Assembly (NCBI GenBank): GCA_034521595.1
Contig: JAXHMG010000003.1
Coordinates: forward strand, 320,001-384,000
Direction of reading: 5' to 3'
From: Gemmatimonadota bacterium
GTDB lineage: Bacteria; Gemmatimonadota; Gemmatimonadetes; Longimicrobiales; Gaopeijiaceae
Length of the DNA stretch: 64,000 nucleotides
In this document: positions 27,157-37,853 of the stretch, piece by piece
Layout of the letters: every line of letters begins with the position of its first letter
How positions within the stretch are numbered: the stretch's first letter is position 1
The notes under the pieces: generated by a model
The model's input: only the letters and a program-made list of their open reading frames with translations
Database searches by the model: none
Told to the model about the DNA's origin: nothing
Position numbers and translations under genes: made by a program

Positions 27157-29208
27157 TCACCTCGGTGACGACTCCTCGGTCGCGGCCGGCGTGCGCGCGT
27201 GCCGCTCGAACCAGCCCCGCAGGTAGAGCTGCGTGCGCAGGAAGTTCGACGGCCGGGACGTCGTGCCGTGCCACTGGTTCTGGAACCGGACCATCACGGT
27301 CGGGACCTGGAGCAGCTTGAGCGCCTGGTAGTACTCCTCGGTCTGGGGCATGGGCGTGCGCAGGTCCTGCTCACCGGTCATGAGCATGGTCGGCGTGGTG
27401 ACGTTGCCCACGTACATGAGGGGGGAGCGGCGCAGGTGCTCCGAGGGGTCCTCCCACGGGAGCTCCTCGAAGTTGTGGTACCAGTTCGGGCTGTCCGTGG
27501 TCCCGACGAAGGAGAGCCAGTTGGTCACCGGGCAGTTCGCCGAGGCGGCCGCGAACCGGTCGGTATGGCCGACGACCCAGGACGTGAGCACGCCGCCGCC
27601 GGAGCAGCCGTAGACGAAGAGGTTGTTCTCGTCCACGTAGCCTCGTTCGAGGACCTCGTCCACGCCCCGCATGAGATCGTCGAAGTCCCTGCCGGGATAG
27701 GCGTTCTCGATGGCGTTGCCGAACGGGCTTCCGTAGCCGGAGCTCCCGCGCGGGTTGGTGTAGAGGACGACGTAGCCGTTCGCGGCGTGCTCCTGCCAGC
27801 CGAAGTTGAAGCCCACGTTGTACATCCCGTGCGGCCCTCCGTGGATGGCCAGCATGAGGGGATACTCCCGCGACGGATCGAAGTCCGGGGGCTTGACGAT
27901 CCAACCCTGGATCTCGAAGTCGTCCACCGACTCGTACCGGATCTCCTCGACCTCGCCGAGCTCCACGCCGGCGAGGACGTCGTCGTTGACGTGGGTGAGC
28001 TGCGCGACGCGTTCCGGCGCATCGGTGTCGAACCGCACCAGGTCCTCGGGCGTCCGCGGCGCGCTGCGGGTGCCGACCATGACGGCACCGGCCTCGTCCA
28101 TCGAGTTGAAGGAGAGCATGTGGTCGCCTTCGGTCACGGGACGGGGCTCACCGTCGAGGGGCGCGAACCACACGTTGCGCACACCCTCCATCGAGGCGTT
28201 GAAGTAGACTCCGCTCGCGTCGGGCGCCCAGGTCACGTTGCCGAGCGAGCGGCCCATCTCACCCGCGATCCGCCGCGGATCGGTGCCATCGGCGTTCATG
28301 ACGTAGAGGCCGCGCTCCACGTACGCGTCGTCGGTCATGTCGTAGCCCTGATAGGCCACGAGCCGTCCGTCGGGTGAAGGCACGGGCGACCCGTCGGGGC
28401 CCTCGCGCGTGGTGAGCTGGCGGATCCGGCCCGTCGCGACCTCGACCGCGTAGATCTCGGACTCCCGCCACTCGTACTCCGCGTTCTCCACGCGGAGGCC
28501 GGAGAAGTAGAGCTCCGAGCCGTCGGCCGACCAGGTCCCGCTCCCGTGGTCCCAGTCTCCGTCGGTGAGCTGGCGCGGGGTGCCGCCCTCGGCGGGAACG
28601 ACGAAGAGATGTCGGTACCCGTCGTCCGTGTAGCCCTGCCGGTCCTGTCGGTAGTCGAGGCGGTTTACGACCTTCGGCTCGCCGGTCCAGTCGGCGCCGT
28701 CGGGCCGGTCGGGAAGGTCGACCCTCCAGGGGCTCTCCCCTTCGACGTTCATGCTGAACGAGAGCCGCGTGCCGTCCGGGGACCACTCGACCGACGAGGG
28801 GCCGTGCTCGACGCGCGTGACCTGGCTCGTCGCTCCCTCGGCGTCCATCCAGCGCACGAAGATCTGGGTGCCGTCGGGCTCGCCCTCGGCCGTGTAGGCG
28901 ATCCGGGTCCCGTCCGGCGACCAGCGCGGCGACGATCCGTCGACGAGGAAGCGGTTGCGGGACCCGTCGGCGTTCATGATCCAGATGGCGGACTCGCGGC
29001 GGTCGTTGACCCGGTCCACCCAGGACCGCGTGTACACGACCCGCGTGCCGTCCGGGGAGATCTCCGGGTCGTCCACCCACTCCCAGTCGAGGTACTGCTC
29101 GAGGCGGAGGTGGTCGGCGTCCTGGGCGGCGTCCTGCGCCGTGAGCGGCGCGGCGGCGGCGAGTGTCGTCGCAACCGCGAGCGCGCATGCGAGCAGCGGG
29201 GAATTCAT
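27157..29208 (-). CDS. S9 family peptidase (PD40 propeller + hydrolase)
   Basis: IHGGPH, GCSGGG nucleophile motif, GEQDLRTP and WHG. Signal peptide MNSPLLACALA. Confidence 0.93.
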   Translation of the reverse strand: MNSPLLACALAVATTLAAAAPLTAQDAAQDADHLRLEQYLDWEWVDDPEISPDGTRVVYTRSWVDRVNDRRESAIWIMNADGSRNRFLVDGSSPRWSPDGTRIAYTAEGEPDGTQIFVRWMDAEGATSQVTRVEHGPSSVEWSPDGTRLSFSMNVEGESPWRVDLPDRPDGADWTGEPKVVNRLDYRQDRQGYTDDGYRHLFVVPAEGGTPRQLTDGDWDHGSGTWSADGSELYFSGLRVENAEYEWRESEIYAVEVATGRIRQLTTREGPDGSPVPSPDGRLVAYQGYDMTDDAYVERGLYVMNADGTDPRRIAGEMGRSLGNVTWAPDASGVYFNASMEGVRNVWFAPLDGEPRPVTEGDHMLSFNSMDEAGAVMVGTRSAPRTPEDLVRFDTDAPERVAQLTHVNDDVLAGVELGEVEEIRYESVDDFEIQGWIVKPPDFDPSREYPLMLAIHGGPHGMYNVGFNFGWQEHAANGYVVLYTNPRGSSGYGSPFGNAIENAYPGRDFDDLMRGVDEVLERGYVDENNLFVYGCSGGGVLTSWVVGHTDRFAAASANCPVTNWLSFVGTTDSPNWYHNFEELPWEDPSEHLRRSPLMYVGNVTTPTMLMTGEQDLRTPMPQTEEYYQALKLLQVPTVMVRFQNQWHGTTSRPSNFLRTQLYLRGWFERHARTPAATEESSPR

Positions 29209-31328
29209 CTCTTTCCTCCTCGGTTGTCCTGCTGCGTTACGGATCGTGCGTCGTGCGTGCCCCATCGCTCGAACCACTTCCGGAGATAGAGTTGCGTCCG
29301 GAGGAAGTTCGACGGCTGGGAGGTGGTGCCGTGCCACTCGTCCTTGAAGCGGACCATGACCGTCGGGGTGCCCACGATCTGGAGGGCCTGATAGAACTCC
29401 TCGGTCTGGCCCATCGGCGTGCGGAGGTCCTGCTCGCCCGTCATGAGCATGGTGGGCGTGGTCACGTTGCCCACGTAGAAGATCGACGACCGGTCCATCC
29501 ACTCGGTCGGGTCGTCCCAGAAGTACTCCTCGAACGTGCGCGTGTAGCTCGTCGCGTCGGAGGTGCCCATCGCCGACATCCAGTTCACGATGGGACAGTT
29601 GGCCGAAGCGGCGCGGAAGCGGTCCGTGTTGCCCACGATGTAGGTGGTCAGGATTCCGCCGCCCGAGCAGCCGTACACGAAGAGGTTCTCCTCGTCGACG
29701 TAGCCGCGGTCGAGCAGCTCGTCCACGCCCCGCATGAGGTCCGGCATGTCGGCGCCGGGGTAGTCGTGGTCGATGGCGTTGGCGAATGCGGTGCCGTAGC
29801 CGGTGCTTCCCCGCGGGTTCGTGTAGAGGACCACGTAGCCGTTGGCCGCGTGCTCCTGGAACGCGAAGCTGAAGGCACCGTCGTACATGCTGTGCGGCCC
29901 GCCGTGGATGGCGAGCATGAGCGGGTATTCACGGGACGGATCGAAGTCGGGCGGCTTCACGACCCAGCCCTGGATGCGCCATTCGTCCGAGTCGTACCCG
30001 ATCTCCTCGACCTCGCCCAGCCGAACGCCGTGCAGCACGTCTTCGTTCACGCGGGTGAGGCGGGTGCGCTCGGCGGGGTTCGCGAGGGGGAAGCGATACA
30101 CGTCTCCCGGCTCGTGCGCGGTGGCCAGGGTCCCGACCGCAGTTCCGTCCTCCGAGAGCGACGAGAACTCGAGCACGTGCGCGCCGTCCGTGACTTGCCG
30201 CACGCCGCCGTCCACGCTCACGAAGTGGAGGTTCCGGTATCCCTCGCGCCGCACGTCGAAATAGAGACCACTTCCGTCCGGGGCCCAGGTCATCTCCCCG
30301 ATCTGGCGGTCGTAGTCGCTGCTGATCACCCGCACGTTGGAGCCGTCCGGGTCCATCAGATGGATGTCACGGTTCCGGTACGTGTCCCGGTGCTCGTCGG
30401 TGCCGGTGTAGGCGATGAGCCGGCCGTCGGGAGAGGGGGTCGGGTTGCCGTCCGGACCTCGCCGGTCGGTGAGCCGGCGCACGGCCCGCGTCGCCACGTC
30501 CACCGCGTAGATCTCCGATTCCTGCCAGTGCTCGGGCCGGTCGTGATCGGGTTCGCGGTAGGAGCTGAAGTAGATCTCGGTCCCGTCCGGGCTCCAGGCG
30601 ATGTCGCCGTGGTTCCAGTCCCCGTCCGTGAGCCGGCGGGGCGTGCCGCCCTCGGCCGGCACCACGAAGACGTGGGTCCAGCCGGTGTCGATGTAGCCCG
30701 CGCGGTCGCGCTTGTAGGCCGCCCGCTCCACCACCTTGGGCTCGTCGGTCCACTCGGCGCCGTCCGGGGGGCGGGGCAGGGGGACGCCCGCGAACTCCGC
30801 TTCGTCGTCGACCCGGCTCGTGAATGCGATCCACTCGCCGTCGGGAGACCACGTCAGGTTCGAGGGGCCGTTTTCCAGGCGCGTGACTTGCGTGGTCGCG
30901 CCCTCGGCGTCCATCCACCGCACGAAGATCTGGCTGCCCGAGGGCTCGCCGGGCGCGGTGTACGCGATACGCGTGCCGTCCGGTGACCAGGTGGCGCCGG
31001 AACCGTCGAGCAGGTGGCGCGCGCGGGCGCCGTCCGCCTCCATGATCCAGACCGACGACTCGCGGCTGTCCTCGGTCTTGTCCACCCACCGGCGGGTGTA
31101 GACGATGCGGCGTCCGTCCGGGGAGATCTGGGGGTTCGAGACCGACTCGAAGTCGAGGTACTGCTCGATGCGGAGGTGCGAGGCGTCGGAATCGGCTTGC
31201 CCCAGGAGGGGAGCCGGCCCTGCGGCGGTCGCGCAGACGATCCCGAAGAGGGCGGCGAGCGCCGGGCTCGTGCGAGGGGCCGGTCCGCCCATGAGGGGCG
31301 GGTCGGCCGGCGGGGCGGCGAGAAACAT
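29205..31328 (-). CDS. S9 family peptidase, tandem paralog
   Basis: Same motifs (IHGGPH, GCSGGG, GEQDLRTP, EWHG). Stop overlaps the next start. Confidence 0.93.
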   Translation of the reverse strand: MFLAAPPADPPLMGGPAPRTSPALAALFGIVCATAAGPAPLLGQADSDASHLRIEQYLDFESVSNPQISPDGRRIVYTRRWVDKTEDSRESSVWIMEADGARARHLLDGSGATWSPDGTRIAYTAPGEPSGSQIFVRWMDAEGATTQVTRLENGPSNLTWSPDGEWIAFTSRVDDEAEFAGVPLPRPPDGAEWTDEPKVVERAAYKRDRAGYIDTGWTHVFVVPAEGGTPRRLTDGDWNHGDIAWSPDGTEIYFSSYREPDHDRPEHWQESEIYAVDVATRAVRRLTDRRGPDGNPTPSPDGRLIAYTGTDEHRDTYRNRDIHLMDPDGSNVRVISSDYDRQIGEMTWAPDGSGLYFDVRREGYRNLHFVSVDGGVRQVTDGAHVLEFSSLSEDGTAVGTLATAHEPGDVYRFPLANPAERTRLTRVNEDVLHGVRLGEVEEIGYDSDEWRIQGWVVKPPDFDPSREYPLMLAIHGGPHSMYDGAFSFAFQEHAANGYVVLYTNPRGSTGYGTAFANAIDHDYPGADMPDLMRGVDELLDRGYVDEENLFVYGCSGGGILTTYIVGNTDRFRAASANCPIVNWMSAMGTSDATSYTRTFEEYFWDDPTEWMDRSSIFYVGNVTTPTMLMTGEQDLRTPMGQTEEFYQALQIVGTPTVMVRFKDEWHGTTSQPSNFLRTQLYLRKWFERWGTHDARSVTQQDNRGGKR

Positions 31329-31532
31329 GCACGTCTCCTGGCGGCGGGGCGGTCCGAGGCCAGCGATGCAGGCTCGTCCCACGCGGGCCGACAGGAGGGC
31401 TCGCGTCGGCCCTGAAGCATTTGAGCCGTTGCGCGGCCGGCGCCCGACCCAGAGCCTTACGCATGTCGAACCGTCCGTCGCCGTAGCCCTCGTGCTACAG
31501 CGCTACGAAAGTCCCGCCCGTCGAGGTTGCCC

Positions 31533-32102
31533 GTGACCTTGCCTCAATCCGAATCGAAGCTCGATCGCGTATCGGAGGCGCTCGAAGCCAAGCTCGAGCG
31601 GTTCGAGGCGATGGTGGCCAAGATCGGGTCTCGGCACGGGCTCCAGCCGGTGGACAGGGACCTGTTGGTGCAGGAGGTCCGCATTCGGCTGTGGCGCAGC
31701 CTGCGGGAGCGTGAGAAGATCGCGGGCGTGTCCGCGTCGTACATGTACCGGACGGCCATGTCGGCCGCCGTGGACTTGATTCGGCGACGGAGGGCGAAGG
31801 GTGGAGACGCGACGATCTCGGTCGACGAGAGCGGACCGGTGCCGGCGGGACGGCGGGACGCCGCCGACGAGGGTGTGCAGCGGGCCGAGCTCGAGCGGGC
31901 GCTGGGGGATGCCGTGGACGAGCTGATCGAGTCACGGCGAGCGGTCGTCCGCATGCACCTGGCCGGGTACGACAGGAGCGAGATCGCCTCCCTGTTGGGC
32001 TGGTCCGAGGCCAAGACGCGAAACCTCTTGTATCGGGGGCTCGACGACCTGCGGGCGGAGCTCACCCGACGAGGCATGGGACCCGAGGGCGAAGAGACAT
32101 GA
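31533..32102 (+). CDS. ECF sigma-70 factor
   Basis: DLLVQEVRIRLW region 2 and GYDRSEIASLLGWSEAKTRNLLYRG region 4. Confidence 0.9.
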   Translation: MTLPQSESKLDRVSEALEAKLERFEAMVAKIGSRHGLQPVDRDLLVQEVRIRLWRSLREREKIAGVSASYMYRTAMSAAVDLIRRRRAKGGDATISVDESGPVPAGRRDAADEGVQRAELERALGDAVDELIESRRAVVRMHLAGYDRSEIASLLGWSEAKTRNLLYRGLDDLRAELTRRGMGPEGEET

Positions 32103-32719
32103 AGGACGAGCAGCTACGAGAGGCATACGCGCGCATTGTCGAGGAGCGTGCGCCCACCGATCGAGCCTCGTGCCCGGCACCCGAGGCTCTGGTCGCGCTG
32201 GTGGAGCGGGACGGGCCGGAAGCGGAGCGGTTGCGCACGCTCGATCACGTGATGGCGTGCGCGTCGTGCCGGCCGGAGCTCGAGCTGCTGCGTACTGCGG
32301 AAAAAGCCGCGTCCCCGACGAGCGGGCCCGCGGTGCCGCGGTACGCCATGGCCGCGGGGATCGCCCTCGCGCTCATCGGAGGCACGCTGTGGTTCCTCGT
32401 GTCGCCCGGCGCCGCCCCGGTGTACAGAGACGGAGCATCCGACGCTTCGGAGCTCGTGGAGCCGCTCGGCGCGGTGGCGAGCCCGCCGAGTCGATTGCTG
32501 TGGCGCTCCGTGGAGGATGCGGTGCGGTATGAGGTCGAGCTTCTCGAGTCCGACGGGACGCTGCTGTTCCGGAGCACCACGACCGACACGGTGCTGGACG
32601 TGGCCTCCGGGCACGAATGGGCGGAGTCGGCGGAGTACCGCTGGCGGGTCGAGGCGGTGCTGCTCGGCGGGGCCACCGAGTCGGTTGGGGTCGGGACGTT
32701 TTCGGTCGGGGAGCCGTAG
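32099..32719 (+). CDS. Membrane anti-sigma factor (zf-HC2-like)
   Basis: HVMACASC zinc motif, one TM helix, Ig/FN3-like C-terminus. ATGA-coupled to the sigma gene. Confidence 0.8.
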   Translation: MKDEQLREAYARIVEERAPTDRASCPAPEALVALVERDGPEAERLRTLDHVMACASCRPELELLRTAEKAASPTSGPAVPRYAMAAGIALALIGGTLWFLVSPGAAPVYRDGASDASELVEPLGAVASPPSRLLWRSVEDAVRYEVELLESDGTLLFRSTTTDTVLDVASGHEWAESAEYRWRVEAVLLGGATESVGVGTFSVGEP

Positions 32720-32731
32720 GGGCCGGGGTTC

Positions 32732-35561
32732 CTAGGGGAGGTTCGCTATGCCCACGCGGCGGTGTGGCGGCTTGCGCATGCGCGCCCGCACGTGCCAGCC
32801 CACCGCCGCGGCGGCGGACAGCGCCACGAGCACGGCGACCAACGGGTTGGTCGGGCGGTTCAGGGGGACGCGTGCCGCCCCGTCGCCAATCACGGTGAAG
32901 GCGGCCCAGTGCGCGACCGGCTCGTCCGCCTCGATGGCGCGCCTGCGGGCGAGCGCCAGGGCGTCGGCCACGGTCCGATCATCGGCGAGCCCGTCGTAGA
33001 TGTCCGTGACGAAGCGGGTGGCGGCCCGGTCGGCCACCCGCCACCGGGTCGCGATCACGGCGCGGCCTCCCGCTTCGAGGATCGGTGCGACGAGGCCGCG
33101 CAGGCCCTCCCCGCGCAGCACCCGGCCCGACGCCGTATGGCAGGCCGAGAGGACGACCAGGTCGGCGTCGAGAGAGAGCGCCGCGGCCTCCCCGGGCTTC
33201 AGTAGCCCGTCCTCCCCGTCACCGGGTGCGAGCACGAGCCCGGCCGAGAGCCCGGCGTAGTCGGTGATCGCGTGCGTGGCGGCGTGCACGACGCGGTAGC
33301 GGTCGAGCTCCGCGCCCTTGACCCAGGCCTCCGCGGCCTCGGCCCCCTGCCGCACGACCGCCTCGTCGGCGAACCCGGCCACGCGGCGTGCTTCCGCGCG
33401 GGCGGAAGGCAAGCTCGGAAGGTCTCCCCGAGCGGGGGCGTCGGCGAGCACCAAAGCCTCGGTGGCGCCGCTCCGCTCCGGTCGGCGCCAGAGCTCCAGG
33501 GCCACGCCCGCCGAAGGCGCGACCGTGACGCTCCAGCGTTCCGCCAGGTAGCGTCCGTCGGGAAGTCGCAATGCGCTCCACGGGACCTGGAAGAGCGCGC
33601 CGTGGGGCACGATGACCAGCTTCGATGCACCTTCGACGATCGGGTGGGTGCTGACCGGGTCGAGAAGCCGAGTGCTCAACCCGTTCGCGGGTGCCTCGGC
33701 GGGAAGGCCGCGGCTCCAGAGGTCGTGTAGTCGGTCGATGGCGGCGCGCAGGGAATCGGACGGAGGGATCCGCACCGTGGCGCTCTCGGTCGGATCGACG
33801 AGAAGAGCGGTCGTGGGCTCGTCGCCTTCGCCGGTGATGAACGAAACCAGGGTCGTGCCGTCTTCCAGCGCCGCCTGTACGGTGGTGAGGGTCGGGACGG
33901 GCGGTGTGGCTACGCCGTCCCGAGGCCGAGCGGCGTCCGCCAACGCGTCGGCGCGCAGCAGCTCACGGAGCAGCTCGCCGGCCCGGCTGCGCTCCGAGAG
34001 CCGGAACGCCGCGGCGGTGCGTCCGGCCTCGGCGAGGGTGGCGATCACGGTCGCGAACCCGAGATCCGGATCCGCGAGGTCCTCGCTCCGTTGGAACGCC
34101 CGCAGCCGCATCTCGCGCGGCCCCAGTTCGGCCCGCATGCGCTCGAGGGCGTCGAGCGCCTCGTCCGCGAGCGACACGGCGCGGTCCAGCTCCCCGTCGG
34201 TCGCGGCGAGCTCGGCGGCGCGCATGCGAAAGTGATAGCGCCAGAAATGCTCGTCGGCAGCGAGTGCCGACTCCGCCCAAGCGAGCTGTCGGGCCGCGGC
34301 AGCTCGATCACCCAGCGCCATCGCTACGGCGAGGGCCGTATAGCGCACCGTCGCCACGGTCGGGCCTCCGGCCCCGCCGATGCTCTCCTCCATGAGACGC
34401 TCCACCTGCTCGCGGGCGATATCGGACGCTCCGGCCCGGACTGCGGCGTAGGCCGCGCCGGTGCGGGCGCCCACGATCAGGTCTCGGTATCCGACCGCTT
34501 CGGCATCTCGAGTCAGGGCTTGGAAGGCCTCGAGGCTGGCTTCCGGCGCTCCGGAGCGGAGGAGCATTCGGGCTTCGACCTGCCGGAGCGATCCGACCTG
34601 AAGCAGATCGCCCTCGTCCCCGAAGCCGTCCAGGGCCCGGCGCGTGTACCGCAGGCCGGCCCTCGCGTCGCCGAGCTCCACATGGAGGAGCGCGAGGTTG
34701 AGCAGAGCCCAGTTGCGCACACCAACGACTCCCGCTTCTTCGGCGCGGCCCACTGCGGCTTCCAGATCTTCGGCGGCGAGACCGAACCGGCCCGTCGAGC
34801 GATCGAGGAAGCCTCGCCATTGGAGACCGATGGCTTGCCATCCGGGATCACCCACGCTGCGTGCGTCGTCGACGACCCCGGAGAAAACGGCGCGTGCGGA
34901 ATCGGGCCGTCCCGCGCCTACGAGGATGCCGCCCAGAACGGTGCCACAATAGGCGCGCATCCGTAGATCGTCCGCTTCGGTGGCGGCGCGGATGCCTCGC
35001 ATGGCGTGCTCCGTCCCCGGACGGCCCTCCACGGTGGCGATCTCGGCGCGGACACAGTGATACCGTGCGCGACTCTCCGCGGCGCGCAACGGCAGCGTTT
35101 GCTGGAGGCTGTCGAGGAGCGCGCGTCCGGCCGACGCTCCCCGAGTGCGGATCCGCACCTGCGCGAGCGAGAGGGGAATCTCCTCGGCGAGCCGGGCATC
35201 GTTCGCGGCATCCAGATGGTCGAGGGCGCGGGTGAGCAGGGTGTCCGCGGCGAAATATCGGTTCCCGATCACGTAGCGCCGTGCGAGCCCGTAGATCCCG
35301 AACGTCCGCCAGGGCTCGGGGGCGCGTTCCGAGAGCGCCTGGAAGTGCCGGTCGGCTCGGAGTGAGTCGTAGGAGTAGAGCCCCACCATGCCGAGCCCGA
35401 GGTGCGCGGGCCAGTCGTCCCTCGCCCTGTCCAGACGCGTATGCCATTGCTCGACGGCGGGCTACCGAGTCCAGCGCGGCCGCGCTGTCGGCGCGCTCGA
35501 CGACGGCCCAGGGATCCTGGGCCTGGAGTGCGCTCGCGATCAGAAGGGCCGGGATGATCAT
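32732..35561 (-). CDS. CHAT-domain (caspase-like) TPR protease with signal peptide and C-terminal TM; frameshift ~35462
   Basis: LVIVPHGALFQVPW, VHAATHA, LVVLSACHT, IATRWRVAD and HWAAF. The signal-like N-terminus MIIPALLIASALQAQ is in an adjacent frame. Confidence 0.85.
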
Positions 35562-35715
35562 GCGGTAGCTTTGGCCCGCTCCACGCTTCCGTGCAAGGGC
35601 ATGACCCCGCCCGGTGAGAAAATTCCGAGCTCGCCTGCGTTCCACGATCAGACGACGACACCGCCCCGCGTCCGACGGCCGGGGCGCATCCCCTGGAGCG
35701 CAGAGCGAGGTCCTC

Positions 35716-37842
35716 ATGAGTCATGCGCAACCGCCTCGAAGCGTGGTCGCGATCCCCAGCCTTTGCGTGCTGCTCATCCTGGCCGCGTGTGCCGATGGCA
35801 GCAGCCCGGTCGCGACCGAGGAAGCCCGGCCGATCCTCTCCCTGTCGCGCTCGAGCGTCGATCTGAGCGTCCAGGAGGGGACGACGGATCCGGTGGCGGC
35901 AACGGTTTCCGTGACGAACACGGGGGACGGGGACCTCGGCGGGCTGTCGGTCAGCACCACCTACGGGGCGGGAACGGAAGGGGGATGGCTCGACGCTTCC
36001 CTCGACGGCGACGGCGCTCCCGCCGAGCTGACCCTCGCGGTGTCCGGCGAGGAGCTCGAGGAGGGGACGTACGGGGCCACGGTCAGCGTCGCATCGGGGG
36101 AAGCCGAGAACGGTGCCCAAGACGTCTCGGTGCAGCTCACGGTCACCGCCCCGGCTTCGGACCCGCTGATCGAGCTGACGCCGGACGCGGTGACGTTCAC
36201 GGCGACCGAGGGCGGGGCGGATCCCGTAGCGGACACCGTGATCGTATCCAACGCGGGAGGTGGGTCGCTGTCCGGGATCACCACCAGTGTCGGTTACCCG
36301 GACGGTCAGCCCACCGGCTGGCTGACGGCCTCCTTCGGGAACGGTCCGCTCGTGTTGACCGCGGAGACGGGCTCGCTCGCGGCCGGCACGTACGAGGCCA
36401 CCGTGGAGGTCGCTTCGGATGCGGCGGTGAACAGCCCCCAGGCCGTGGCCGTGACCTTCACCGTCACGTCCGGAGCCGCCGCCGACCTGCTCGTCGAAGG
36501 CTTCGAGGCCACGTCGTCGACCTCCGTGGTCGCCGGGCAGTTCTTCGAGTACGCGCCGTTTTCCATCCGGAATCAGGGGACGCTGGGTGCCAGCGGCGTC
36601 GAGAACGGCTACTACCTGTCCGCGGATAGCACCCTTACGCCCGATGATGCTCGACTGTCCGGCAACAGCAACTCCATCATCGGCGCCGGCGAGTCGGTCG
36701 AGTGGGCCCCGGGGGGAGGCTCGATCATGATCCCGGCCTCCACGCCGGCCGGTAATTATTACCTCGGCGTCCTGACCGACGAGGTGGACTCGGTCGAGGA
36801 GTCGGACGAGACCAACAACTTCCAGAGCGTGGCGATCACGGTGACCGAGCCGGTCGCGACCTATACCCTGACCCTCGACCAGAACTTCGCGGACGCCGGG
36901 AGCGTCACGACCGACCCGGCGGGCGGGACGTACGAGGAGGGCACGGTGGTCAGCCTGACCGCGGTGCCGGCCGAAGGATTCCGCTTCTCGCACTGGAGCG
37001 GAGCGGTCGACGGCGACGCGAATCCGGTCGATCTCACCATGGATGCGGATGTCGCGGTCACGGCTCACTTCGAGCTCCAGCCCCCGACGCTCAACGCCTC
37101 GTCGGTGAGCTCCGGAGTGTTCACGCTCACCTGGGAGTTCGGCTGGCCGTGCACCGGCCTCTGTCTGGGGAGCTCGCAGGACCGCTACGAGCTCGAGGAG
37201 TCGACGACCTCCGCCACGAGCGGGTTTTCGGTCATCGCCTCGCCGCAGGGGCGCACGAGCCCGTACTCGCTCGAGCTCAGCCGGGAGCCCGGTACCTACT
37301 ACTACCGGGTGCGGGCGATCGACGGCGTGAGCTACGGGACCTCCCCGTACAGCGCGGTGCGAACGGTCATCGTGAGCGACGATGGGTCGGTGGCCACCAC
37401 CATCCGGGTCATTAACGATCTTCCGGACGGCGTCTGGGGCGACAACGACTGGACCCTCCTGAACACGATCATCCGGGTTCGGGTGGGCTCGACCGAGGAC
37501 GCCGTGGTCCAACTGACGGGCGACGGCCAGGAACTGCTCTACCCGTACGACTCGACGTACGATGAGGCCGATCTCATCGACATCACGCCCGGCGAGGAGA
37601 TGACGCTCGAGGTCCCGGCCTACGACACCGAGTACTGGCTCTACATCCAGACGGGCTACTGGGACTACGACGCCCTCTATGGGATATGGCGCAAGCACAT
37701 GTCCGTGGTCGCGGGTTGTGACGCGTCATCGACCTACAAGTGGACCACGATCCGGGTCTTCGAACCGTTCGGCCATCCGGAGGTCATCCGTGCCAGCGAC
37801 TTCCTGCCGGACGGGAACTGGTACGGCAGCGAGTACTGCTGA
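35716..37842 (+). CDS. Large lipoprotein with BACON-like, CARDB and InlB-B-repeat/FN3-like domains
   Basis: Lipobox LAAC, repeated 'VxNxGGGxLxGL...GWL', VEESDETNN and GFRFSHWSG. Confidence 0.75.
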   Translation: MSHAQPPRSVVAIPSLCVLLILAACADGSSPVATEEARPILSLSRSSVDLSVQEGTTDPVAATVSVTNTGDGDLGGLSVSTTYGAGTEGGWLDASLDGDGAPAELTLAVSGEELEEGTYGATVSVASGEAENGAQDVSVQLTVTAPASDPLIELTPDAVTFTATEGGADPVADTVIVSNAGGGSLSGITTSVGYPDGQPTGWLTASFGNGPLVLTAETGSLAAGTYEATVEVASDAAVNSPQAVAVTFTVTSGAAADLLVEGFEATSSTSVVAGQFFEYAPFSIRNQGTLGASGVENGYYLSADSTLTPDDARLSGNSNSIIGAGESVEWAPGGGSIMIPASTPAGNYYLGVLTDEVDSVEESDETNNFQSVAITVTEPVATYTLTLDQNFADAGSVTTDPAGGTYEEGTVVSLTAVPAEGFRFSHWSGAVDGDANPVDLTMDADVAVTAHFELQPPTLNASSVSSGVFTLTWEFGWPCTGLCLGSSQDRYELEESTTSATSGFSVIASPQGRTSPYSLELSREPGTYYYRVRAIDGVSYGTSPYSAVRTVIVSDDGSVATTIRVINDLPDGVWGDNDWTLLNTIIRVRVGSTEDAVVQLTGDGQELLYPYDSTYDEADLIDITPGEEMTLEVPAYDTEYWLYIQTGYWDYDALYGIWRKHMSVVAGCDASSTYKWTTIRVFEPFGHPEVIRASDFLPDGNWYGSEYC

Positions 37843-37853
37843 GGGAGCGAACG

